The translations under genes and the position numbers were made by a program. From NCBI RefSeq assembly GCF_964355755.1, contig NC_092670.1:29996388-30060387 (forward strand): a stretch of 64,000 nt of DNA. The letters run 5' to 3'. Source of the stretch: Antedon mediterranea. Its lineage: Eukaryota > Animalia > Echinodermata. Below the pieces are notes generated by a model. It saw only the letters and a program-made list of their open reading frames with translations, had not been told where the DNA came from and ran no database searches. Positions 1 through 12,200 of this stretch are shown here, one piece after another. Positions within the stretch are counted from its first letter, which is position 1, and each line of letters opens with the position of its first letter.

Positions 1-122
1 AAACTAAAATAATGATTTTGCCTAAATAGACAATTATGCTTTTGATCTAATCAAATCCATTGATTTACAGTACAGATAATATAATAATAATAGATAAATA
101 CAAATTTGACTCCAATACAATA

Positions 123-977
123 TTTTTAGTCGCGTGGAAGCGACTCTATAGTTCACTATGTCGGTCGGTCTGTCTGTCTGTCTGTCTGTCGGTCTGTCTG
201 TCGGTCTGTCTGTCTGTCTGTCTGTCGGTCCGGTATCACTATGCGTTTTATCGCTTTCTGACCTTATCTTGATATCAGTTTAATCTAGCTAGGTCAATTT
301 TTCACAGTATATTCCTTATGGCCAGGAATCAATGTGGTTATGTTTTCACGGTGCGCAATAAAAAATTACGCGGTCTACGCACGATTTAACGAAATAACGT
401 TTGTAATCATATCTTCACAACCATGAATCACAATTAAATAAAATTTGGTACTCATAAATTTCAGGGCATAAATCATCATATGGCAATACAATTACGTGCG
501 TAGCGCATGTAACGCATGCGTACGCGCGCTTAACATTTTCAAAATTTATTTTCGATGAAATAAGAGTACATTTCAGGCAATTTTAAGCGTTTACAAAATT
601 GCCATGAGTGCGCATATTTTTGCGCGCGCACTGCGCGTTAAATGTTGTTGCGCACTCTTTTTGCCCGATTTCTGTTTTCTTGACTTACTTTTCAACTTGA
701 AATTACGTTATACGAGCACGTCGAAAGTGACAGGCTACGCACGTGTAAATTTAAAAAAAATAAATGTTTTTAAACATTTCAACATTTTTAAACATGTTCA
801 GTAATTTCGGTCAGTATAGTTCACTATGTCGGTCGGTCGGTCTCTCTTGTCTATCTGTCTGTCGGTCTGTCGGTCTGTCTGTCGGTCTGTCGGTCTGTCT
901 GTCGGTCTGTCGGTCTGTCTGTCGGTCCGGTATCACTATGCATTGTAGCACGCGACTTAATGGCTGTTGGCCTTGTT
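123..977 (+). mobile_element. Helentron-associated (HINE/DINE-1/pearl-like) non-autonomous repeat, full-length copy 1
   Basis: Starts TTTTTAGTCGCGTGGAAGCGACT (near-palindrome), has two (GTCY)n microsatellite blocks, a subterminal inverted repeat CACGCGACT, and ends GGCTGTTGGCCTTGTT. Near-identical copies at 7992, 36911, 54125 and 58303 (minus). Confidence 0.8.
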
Positions 978-1096
978 CACCGACATTGACATAATTATCA
1001 TATTCACCAAATATTTTTTTAGACTCGTCGCAAATCAAATAATCTTTTCAAATATTTTTTTTATGGAACGCCTCCTCTGCCTTCAGTTCACATTCG

Positions 1097-1878
1097 TCAT
1101 GCAGTATATAAATCACCATGCAGTGAACATCAATCGTCATTCAGTGCACATCAATCATCGTGCTGTACATACCAATCATCATGCAGTGCACACCAATCAT
1201 CATGCAGTACACACCGATCATCATGCAGTGCATACCAATCATCATGCAGTATATACCAATCATTATGCAGTTCACGCACACTAATTGTCATGCAGTACAC
1301 CAATCAACATTCAGTACATACAAATCATCATGCAGTACACACCAATAATCATGTAGTGCACACCAATCATCATGCAGTACACACCAATCATCATGCAGTG
1401 CACTCACACTAATTATCATGCAGTACACACCAATAATCATGCAGTGCACACCAATCATCATGCAGTACACACCAATCATCATGCAGTGCACACCAATCAT
1501 CATGCAGTACACACCAATCATCATGTAGTGCACACCAATCATCATGCAGTACACACCAATCATCATGTAGTGCACACCAATCATCATGCAGTACACACCA
1601 ATCATCATGCAGTGCACGCACACTAATTATCATGCAGTACACACCAATCACCATGCAGTACATACCAATCATCATGTAGTACACACCGATCATCATGCAG
1701 TGCACGCACACTAATTATCATGCAGCACACACCAATCACCATGCAGTACAAACCGATCATCATGCAATGCACGTACACTAATTATCATGCAGTACACACC
1801 AATCATCATGCAGTACATACCAATCATCATGTAGTTACACATCAATCATCATGTAGTACACACCAATCATGTAGTACA
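1097..1878. repeat. 21-bp minisatellite, unit approx. CACCAATCATCATGCAGT(A/G)CA
   Basis: About 35 tandem units visible, alternating GTACA/GTGCA variants with periodic CGCACACTAATTAT variant units; explains the His-rich and Met/Ile-rich ORFs in the ORF track. Confidence 0.95.
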
Positions 1879-1885
1879 TTGCGCT

Positions 1886-1990
1886 ATGGAGATACAAAAA
1901 AGAAAGCGAAAAGCTAAATCAAAACGATAAAGTAAAACAGTCAGAACAGTTCAGGCAACACTAGCCCTTCAACAGTGCAAGTGAAAGTAC
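1886..1990 (-). repeat. Penelope-like terminal repeat (family A), partial copy with degenerate hammerhead core
   Basis: Reverse complement of 2495-2605 (CACTTGCACTGTTGAAGGGCTAGTGTTGCCTGAA...GCTTTTCGC...GTATCTCCAT). Confidence 0.7.
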
Positions 1991-2429
1991 TTGAACAAAG
2001 TCAATAGTTAAGAACAGGCCGACTGAGTTGACAGGAATCTATATATAAATTTACGTAAGTGCAAAATTCGGGTAAATCGCGCGTTACTTCTAGAATGTTT
2101 ACTCGATGGTATATAAAGTTGGTTCGTACTTTCGGTACCAATGTTAGCCACCTGATGTAACCCTGTTTACTAATGCAATTGAGTTAGATAATTAGTCATT
2201 GACAATTAAAGCGAATTTAGATTCAACGATATTCCCCAAATAGGGGTGTTTTCCGATCATGGTATACACTGTCTAATCTTGTCCATCTTGAAAAATACCC
2301 GCACACAATAATACCTTCTATAATAATAATAATATAATAATATCTCCTTCTACGATAATTGTTTTTAGTAGCTGAAAACCGGTTGAACAGTATATAATTT
2401 GACAGTATGATTTATATATATATAAATAT

Positions 2430-2670
2430 TTCTTTTATTCCTGTCCACCCAGGCAGCACTTGCCAGTTTTATACTGTGACGTTATCCAAATTCCTTCACT
2501 TGCACTGATGAAGGGCTAGTGTTGCCCGAAAGCTCTGCTAACTTTTCTGGCTGTTTACTTTATCGTTTTGATTTAGCTTTTCGCTTTTTATTTTTGTATC
2601 TCCATTGAGATCCAGCCACTGATACCCACAGCATTGTCAATTTTTTCAGTAATTTGCCTTTGGATTTATA
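2430..2670 (+). mobile_element. Penelope-like terminal repeat (family A) ending in (TA)n
   Basis: Contains CTGATGA..GAAA hammerhead motif and ends AATTTGCCTTTGGATTTA(TA)n. Other copies at about 3012-3105(-), 6745-6990(-), 8940-9115(+), 17095-17227(-), 23868-23995(+); the 6745 copy is contiguous with a GIY-YIG fragment. Confidence 0.7.
2500..2541 (+). ncRNA. Minimal type I hammerhead ribozyme motif
   Basis: TTGCA-CTGATGA-A-GGGC-tagtgtt-GCCC-GAAA-GC-TC-TGC: core CUGAUGA/GAAA, 4-bp stem II, palindromic AGCU in place of stem III, short stem I (GCA/UGC). Confidence 0.65.
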
Positions 2671-3267
2671 TATATATATATATATAAACACAACAGGCAT
2701 AGAAATAAATTCCAAACCGCCCGGTGATACACAGAAAATTATTTCATTATTATTATATATTTATATATATTATACATAACATATATAACATCTTATATAA
2801 ATGTTATATTATTTTTGAAACGATAAAGATGAGGACAATATCATTCTCCGAGATTTCCTCATCTTTATCGTTTCAAAAATTAATTAAATAATTTTCAGTG
2901 TATCACCGGGCGGTTTGGAATTTATTTCTATGCCTGTTGTGTTTATATATATATATATATATATATAAACAAATCAGGCATAGAACATTAATATACAAAT
3001 CAGGCAAAGAATAAATCCAAAGGCAAATTACTGAAAAAAATGACAATGCTGTGGGTATCAGTGGCTGGATCTCAATGGAGATACAACAATAAAAAGCGAA
3101 AAGCTATATATATATTGCTGTTAGATCTTAATCTAAGATAATAATGCCATTATAATGCATGCGTGACTCAAACATATTATGGAAACTTTGCCAAATTGGT
3201 TACTATAGTCAATGATAATAGAGTACGGTAGCTTTTATTGTTGAAACTTTTATTTATTAAATATTAG

Positions 3268-6200
3268 ATATGCAGAATACAACTCGTTGGCAGACATATC
3301 GATTGCTTTTAACGACCTTCCAAATCTTAGTATTGTGTAAGTTAAATACTGTACATCTGCATGTATTGTTAGTTTTTCCTGGTGGAACAGAATTCAAAAG
3401 AGCTCATATGAAAAAAGCATCTGTCTAATAATATTCTCTCAAATACTGCGTGGCAGGTTTAGCTTTATTCGGTAGGCCAAAAAATGGCCATTCAAAACAT
3501 GGGTTAAAAACTTATGTTGGCTAATATATATGTGTATATTAAAACTAAAATTGTTTACTGAACTATTATCATCTATCAGACTGTTGTTTAAAAATGTAAT
3601 ATTGATTGAAATAATGGGCTATAACGGGCGAATATTTCTAGTCCATTCTCTAAGAATCATAGTTTATAAGCACGACAAAGTTTATCCATCCTGTAATTAG
3701 AGAAATTATTGTTGGATGTCTGAAATAATTTAGGAAGGAACATACAAAACATGCATCATGTACTTATCTAATGAAAGTAATCAATCGTAAAGGGGAGGCA
3801 AAGGAGCTAGCTTCAGTTCAATATAATATTCAGTATAATAAGCATAAACAATAAACGCAATTTTATTGTCTACCATATAATGATTTTTTAATATTATTGT
3901 ACAGCGAATCACTAAATAATACCACCACATTTAATATTTATATAATATTTTAACAAGCATTCTTTTTATAGAAATGTATCTAACAACAATATACATGTGC
4001 TGAAAAATACCACTTTTAAAGGTTCTACGTTGATAAATAAAATGTAAGTATATTGTAAGTAATGTTCCGCAACAGCTGTCAATGTGCGCCACTATCACAG
4101 CCAACTTTTTTATAACATGTTTGTTCCACAAAATGTAATATTTATTTTAATAATGTAAATTGATGTATTTTTAAAATTATAGTGTAACATATTGGTAAAA
4201 ATAATCAATTAACAAAAATAAAAGACATAACATGATTATTGGTAAAAAATCACTGTTACTACTTTGTGTACTGTTCTTGTAAATTAACATACATTATTAT
4301 AAAACTGTGATTATAATAATAGTCATGCTTACTATTTGTTCAAGTTACATTATAAAGTGCAAATTTTGCCCACCCTCACAACGCTACAACTGGTGATAAT
4401 TTGTTGTTTGTTTGTTTTTTCAGAGACTTATCATATAATCATATACATCAAATTGAACCTTTCACCTTTTTAAACATTGAACTATCGTGGTTGTGAGTTC
4501 TTTTTGTCCTCTTTTTTTGTAGCGTTAGCTCATAATCATCATAATACAATCAATGTTAATACATCATCGTTATTTTCGGTAGTTCGGTAGTTATTATGTA
4601 TTTTCATATCATTCATGTGATTAAATCATCACATTTTAATCAGCAGTATTCTAAAATATTTCTTTTTCGTATTACTTTTTTTTAAAATAATGTTGTTAAA
4701 TAAATAATAAATTATTTTGAGTTTCAGGAAAATCAAGTTTAACAACGAACTCAAAGAGCTTTGTGAAAATGCATTTGCATTGTCAACACCTTTTCAGGTG
4801 AACTTGTAAGTGATGTAAAAAGTCCAGTGCGTCTTACCAACGTTTAATTTCAAACTTTAAGGAGAATTGTGTGTATTACAATCAATTACCTAGACACAAA
4901 TTTCATTTTTTTTACATTTTAATTACGTAGTTCATAAAAAGTACTTTAATGTCATCGATATGTGTAAATATTTTAAAAAGATAATAATAATATTTTTTTA
5001 ATAGGTTTATTGGACATAACCTTGCAAACTTATCAACTGGAACATTTAAAAATATTACAGATGGAAGCAACATGTGGGTTAAATGTGTATGTGAAAGGTT
5101 TGGTGTGATTGTGGTGTTGATTTTGCATGTGTTATTATAATTATTTTGAAAGTATAACATTACTTTTACCTTTAAATGTTAATGTGGTGGAGTTTGAACA
5201 TAATTTGTTGTAGTATTGATGAACTTGTCGTTTTTTCTTTCGTTTACCAACCTAGATATTTAGGCCAAAACAAACTACAAAGCATACCGTCAAGAGCCTT
5301 CCAAGGTGGAGACATAACAGAGATGTAAATATTGTTTGTTTAAATTTTTCCGACGACTAATGATAATATATCAGTGTTAAATGATATTTCAATACAATGC
5401 TTTGTCCGACGACATACTGACCTATGTTGTGCTTCACTATTTCTTTATCATTACCAAACCATTTTCAGTCATCCATTTCTCAATTGTTGATGATTCATCT
5501 GACATTTCTGTCCGTGCTATGACCTATAGCTAAAAAACACATACAAATAATACGATCCTCTTTAACTTATCTTGACATCTCCAAACCACCAACTAGTAAA
5601 ATGGCTTTGTTTTCCGTCACAATGTCTTAGTTTTCCGTCAAAATACAGTTTATAAAACGATCAATACCATGGTCTTGCTGAATTACTTTTATAGTAAAAA
5701 CCTAAACATAGTCAACCTGGCGAACTTCACACAAATGTTAAACTCCATACTTACTCAATACATAATGTTGAGTGGTAAAAATATTGTAAACTGGTTTGTC
5801 TCAGAAAATCATGTGTAGATAATACATTTAAATATATGTTTAGGTATTTGTATTGGTAGACAAAATGTTTGTCATGAAAAAAAATATTTAAGGATAAAAA
5901 TATGTATGACAAAAACAAAACATCAACCTTACGTGGTATAAAATATGTTTATAAAACAACTGTAGCCGAATCATTTCCGAAATAAACTCGTCGACGTGTG
6001 AGATATAAAACTGCGAATACTACTTAAATTGGTATGGCAACTTGATCTTAAGGAATGTTGTTTCTTTCAGAAATCTTGAAAAAAATATCATTAGCTTTAT
6101 ACACAAGGACGCATTCGTTGAATTGGATAGAATGCATGTTCTGTGAGTACTGCTTATTAATATATTATGTACTGTATAATTAGGCCCTATAATTTTTGTT

Positions 6201-9200
6201 TCAAAACATTTCTAAAAGTTATATAATTCGCTATTTGATATCAATTTGAATATCAATTAGAGAAGAGAGTGTTATATACCAAATAATGTATATATAGGAA
6301 TATAGTCTTTTCTTCTAAGCCTTATTCTGTGTGCAGATATAGCAGATTAAACAATAGGTAGCCTACGTCTATCGTTTCATTTCCATACTATGCAGGATGT
6401 GGTAGATGATTTGATAAACCGTATCATCATTATTTGTTGTAAACTTTTGCTTTACATAATGTTCAATAGTTGCTTGACAATGTATTCATGTCAATTTACA
6501 CCGTACTTTACGCAGAACGCTTGCTTATAACAGACTGACGGAAATACCAATCGTACACGATTGCATGAACGGTACAGGTACATTGTGAGTGTTATATCTT
6601 ATAATAATTTTAAACTTATCATGTCCTACTTATCCTCGCATTTGTTTTAACATGTTATGAATGAATAGGAACATGAGTAGGCTAATGCAGTACACAAATA
6701 CAAATAATGTCAACCATGCGTTCTTGTGTAAGCAAGGGCCTAAATACATCCAAAGGCAAATTACTGAACACAATTACAATTATGTGAGCATTAGTGGTTG
6801 GATGTCAATGATACAAAAATACAAAAGATACAAAATAAAATAACCAAAAAGCTAAATCAAAACGATAAAGTAAAACAGGCAGAAAATTTGGCAGAGCTTT
6901 CAGGCATCACTAGCCTTTCATCTATGCAGATGAGAGTACTATATTAAGTAGAAACGCGCTGCTTATGCCTAAGTGGACTAGAATAATAATAATAAAAAAA
7001 AAATGGAAGCACAGGCTGGTAAATATAGGATGGAGAGATTAAGAGTAGAACACAACGAAGATAGAGATAAACAATTTAGGAATTGAGAATTAATAAGGAA
7101 TAACAAATAAATATATTTAGGTATTCAATGGAATAATTTTACCGATCTGAGTATTTTCCTAATGTTATAAGTCAAAACAGGTTTGTGGTATAAGTAGTAA
7201 TTCCCGGTGGTTGTCTGTCTGAGTTTTTTCACTTCATTTCACATCGTGGTCTATTGCAATAACTCTGAAAACTATATATTGTTCAATCTGTAATGTTTTG
7301 ATAGCTGATCTGTGTTGTGTCATTCTCACAGAGAGTGTTTTTCTTTATTTCTCCGACGTACTGTTTACAACAAAAATTACAGTATATGATATGACAGTGT
7401 ATTATATATTATATATATTTATCGTTTCAAATTAATTAATTAAATTTCAGTATATCACCGGGCGGTTTAGAATTAATGTTCTTTGCCTGATTTGTTTATA
7501 TATATAAACGTATCTCTTCGGAGATCCCGCCTCGTGAATAAAACTACTGTAAGATGAGGGCGTATCAATTTGATCTCTAGTGCGCGTGCGTACAACTGAG
7601 GACTAGTGCTGTTCCGCCGTACCACGCCGAGAATGTTAAAGAGTCGCTATCCAATCGAGTTCAAACAATACCATGAAAGCCCAAGTGGTCTAATGGTTAG
7701 GACATCTGCATATCAAGCAGGCGGTCCTAGTTCGAGTCTCGGTTGGGGCGGATTTTTATCATTCTCACAGATTTCCTCATCTTTATCGTTTCAAATTAAT
7801 TAATTAAATTTCAGTATATCACCGGGCGGTTTAAAATTAATGTTCTTTGCCTCTTGTGTTTATATAATATATTGCATTAGACCACGATGTCAAATGGAGC
7901 GACAAAACATTAGGAACATACTCCCAGATCGATAAAATTATTCCAATGCCTACCAAAATTTAAGTTTCAATATTAAGCGCCATTTAGGCTGTTTTTAGTC
8001 GCGTGGACGCGACTCTATAGTTCACTATGTCAGTCGGTCGATCTGTCTGTCTGTCGGTCAGTCGGTCCGGTATCACTATGCGTTTTATCGCTTTCTGACC
8101 TTATCTTGATATCAGTTTAATCTAGCTAAGTCAATTTTTCACAGTATATTCCTTATGGCCAGAAATCGATGTGGTTATGTTCTCACGGTGCGCAATAAAA
8201 AATTACGCGGTCTACGCACGATTTAACGAAATCACGTTTGTAATCATATCTTCACAACCATGAATCACAATTAAATAGAATTTGGTACTCATAAATTTCA
8301 GGGCATAAATAATCATATGGCAATACAATTACGTGCGTAGCGCATGTAACGCATGCGTACGTGCGCTTAAAATTTTCACAATTTTATTTGCGATGAAATA
8401 AGAGTACGTTTCAGGCAATTTTAAGCGTTTACAAAATTGCCATGAGTGCGCAGATTTTTGTGCGCGCACTGCGCGTTAAATATTGTTGAGCACTCTTTTT
8501 GCCCGATTTCTGTTTTCTTGACTTACTTTTCAACTCGAAATTACGTTATACGAGCACGTCAAAAGTGACAGGCTACGCACGTGTAAATTAAAAAAATATA
8601 AATGTTTTTAAACATTTCAACATTTTTAAACATGTTCAGTAATTTCGGTCAGTTGGTAGGTTTGTCGGTCGGTCGGTAAACACTAATGAGCACGCGACTG
8701 CAGCCATCTGTTTCCATTCCAAATTTATATCTCTACCAAGCTACCTTCTTTGTTTCCTACTCTTATTCAGTATCCAACCACTATTCACCACCCTGTCTCT
8801 TTTGTTGCTATTATTATTAATTGTAATTGTATAAGTATTTAAATTTGTATCCGTTTTTGTCGACAGGACCACAATGCAAAATAAGTATATTTCTACTTGA
8901 TTGTGTATAATCTTGTATAAATATGCTGTTAAATAAATAAATTCTTTCACTTGCACTGATGAAGGGCTTGTGTTGCCGGAAAGCTCTGCTAACTTTCTGG
9001 CTGTTTTACTTTATCGTTTTGATTTAGCTTTTCGCTTTTTTTGTTTCTCTATTGAGATCCAGCCACTGATACCCACAGCATTGTCATTTTTTCAGTAATT
9101 TGCCTTTGGATTTATAATATATGTATAGTCTAATGTTATATACATTGATCATGTGGCGGAATTAACACTGATGAGGCACAAAACGAACCATTTAAGCAAG

Positions 9201-12200
9201 TAATTCAAAATCAATTTCAAAATTAGAAAACCCGGTATTCCTCAAATTATTATTTTAGTTAATTTCATCAGAACTAATGTGGTATCAGTATTTTATCAAA
9301 CATATTACTGTTTTCTTTAATCAATGTAATTTCTTTATATATTGTAATGTATGTTTTAGAGATTTAAGCTGGAATAATCTGACATCGTTGGAAGACACGC
9401 AATTACCATCAGTTACAAACATACTTATCAACAAAAATCAAATTCAACGCATTTCAAAAACTGCATTTACTAATATGCCATCTCTTGAATCATTGTAAGT
9501 ATACAACCGATACATATATAAAGAGAAAAAAGTAAAAAAAAAAGTAACTGGAAAAGTTTTAAAGAAACTGTTATACAAATAAAATGATCCTCCCCTAAAA
9601 ATCCTATCCCCAGCTCTTTTGTTGCCTGCAAGTTACTGAATAAATGTTTATAAATACAACAACACTCTAAATGTGAACACGTTGTAGGAGCCGAGATCAA
9701 CGACACCCCCTCCTCCCAAAAAACGTTTAAACTATTAAATCGTAATACCGTGTTATACCCTAGTTCAATATTTAATTATCGTAATGTTAAGATCTAACTC
9801 GGTTAAAATAATATCCGAAAATAAAGGAAAATCTACTAGCTTTGGTCAACATTTTAACAGCACACACTTTTATTTAACGAGAGGTCAAAACTATAACCTG
9901 GCTACAATTCCAGCACGCTGATAATTCACAACATTTTAGGATTCAGCCAAAAGTAGCTCTTTTCACAATAAAAATCTAATTACACAACACTATACAAAAC
10001 ACTTTTGCGTGTATTAGCGTGTTGTAATTTACCAGAGTAGACATCGATGTTTGATTTTGTAGACTACTTGTACACAACAACATTACATTTATCGAAGATG
10101 GAGCATTCAGTGAAACTAATCTTCGCTATCTGTAAGTATTTCTAGTTAAAACCATTGTTAACAATGCTGTCATTTTATATATATTGTATTATTTCTTTGA
10201 CTGTTGATTGTAAATACTTTACCCTATTTGACAGCCTATTCTCTCGGCATTGCTCGCTGGGCACCTGAAGGACTGTGGCGGAGTAAATGTGTATTCCCGC
10301 CACCTGTGTGTATTGTGTATTTTGCCACTTCGGAAGGTATTCAGGATGGTGATAGCGATGAATGCGGATGGGATCTCTCGGAGACTACAGTAAACCAGTT
10401 TCTCTTCAAATAAGCACGCTTCCTGTGTTGGACATTGTTTATTGTTGCTAGACATAAAGCTGTTATTATTATTTTTCTAAAACAAAACAATCACATGAAA
10501 CTTTAATGTTTATAACAATTTGCTTCATAGATTTCTTTATGGTAATGGAATGACAAACCTTTCATATGGAACATTACAAACCAAAGGCACGACACTGGAA
10601 TACATGTGAGACTGATCTAATTTTAATTTTAGTATCTAATAGTATCCGATTGTGTTGTCACACCCGATTCTCGGTATTGTATCTTATTTATACAGTTATT
10701 CTAGTAGTCGATGGATGGGATTTAGCTAAAAAATACAATTTTTGGACTTATTTGTAAGAAAAGGTTTGATGAAATGTCTCCTTTGGACCCTATCAAACAT
10801 ATTTATTATCACCATCATAATGGTTTTCGACACAGGGAAGTAGCTTGATTTGCATAATCAAATATGGCGGCAATTTTTACTTTATTCACTCTATATTTTG
10901 AAAACCGCTAGTCACAGATACTTAATTATGGTGCCAACAACTTTTATGTTTTTATATTCACTGTAATGAAAAAGTTTGTCCAAAAACGAATGGAAGTGCT
11001 ATTTCTGAACATTATTGACCTTTGAACTTATCCTAATTCAACAACAACTAATCGGAGAGATACTATATATTTAGATCCAGTCTAATGGCATGTTTTTGCA
11101 AAAAAATGGCGGATTCTAACATTATTGACCTTTGACCTTGATTTATCATATCTTAGTAACCACTATTTGGAGAGACACTAAATATGGTTCAAACTGTTCA
11201 GAAACTACACAATTATATTTAGGTTAATGACATGTTTTTGCAAAAATTCTAACATTATTGACATTTGAACTTAAACATAGCATAAATTTGAAAATTTTGT
11301 ACATATGAAATTATTTTTCGTATCCGGAAAAATACCACCCTGACAACTACCCCCCTATTTTGTTTAATAATGTCACATTGTATGGTTAATAACCTTTGAA
11401 ATATGTTTGAAATGTAGTAGGCCTATAGAATTTCTGATCAGTGTTGATTAAATTTCCCTATTAGACTAAATGCATACCTTCAGAACATTTTGAGACCAAC
11501 ATTTACTTACTGTGACCAGTTGTTGCCGATATACAAGCACATATTTGTGTTTGTTATATATATAGACATTGACCCTGACCTTTGTACTATTTTTCAAAAT
11601 TTAAGACCAAATTCAAGTGTTTACGACCAGTAGTTACGGAGATACATACATGCCCTGGATTGTGGGTCAAATGTCACAGAAATGGCCTTTCCAGTCATTT
11701 TGACTAAAATTTCCCATTAGACCGAATATGAATGTATATACCTTCTGATCGATTTCAGACCAAAATTACTTTGCTGACCAGTGGTTGTCAAAATTAAGGA
11801 GGCTCTTGGTCTTATAGCCTTTGACGTTGACCTTTTGACCTTTCACCACTGAAGTCAAATTCTCTGGACTTCAAAGAACATACGAATATTGGTCTAGCTA
11901 CTAGAGTAACATAAGTACACATACATATACGTATCATAACGTAACAATTGACCTTACCTTACATGATACAGGCACATATTTTGTATATAATGTTGTTTGT
12001 TTTGTGTGTAGATGAAGCACTGATAATCGGGTAATAATTTAGAGTTTAAAATATAATAATTCATGATAATTGTAGTTATTTACTTCGCTCAGCATTGTTC
12101 AACTCATATTTATTTAGTAAGAATTCAACTAATGAGGCTGATCCGAATATAAATAGTAAGCCTTTTAATTTGTTTTTCCTTCAGATATTTATTTGACAAT

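Noticed and set aside
60-1038. ORFs rich in SVCL/DRQT repeats (also at 37544, 37578, 54762, 54809, 58130)
   Set aside because: They are translations of the (GTCY)n microsatellite in the Helentron-associated repeat.
967-1917. His-rich (HHAVHTN)n and related ORFs; CRISPR-like periodicity
   Set aside because: A 21-bp tandem repeat with no unique spacers, open in several frames on both strands, with frame-shifting variant units.
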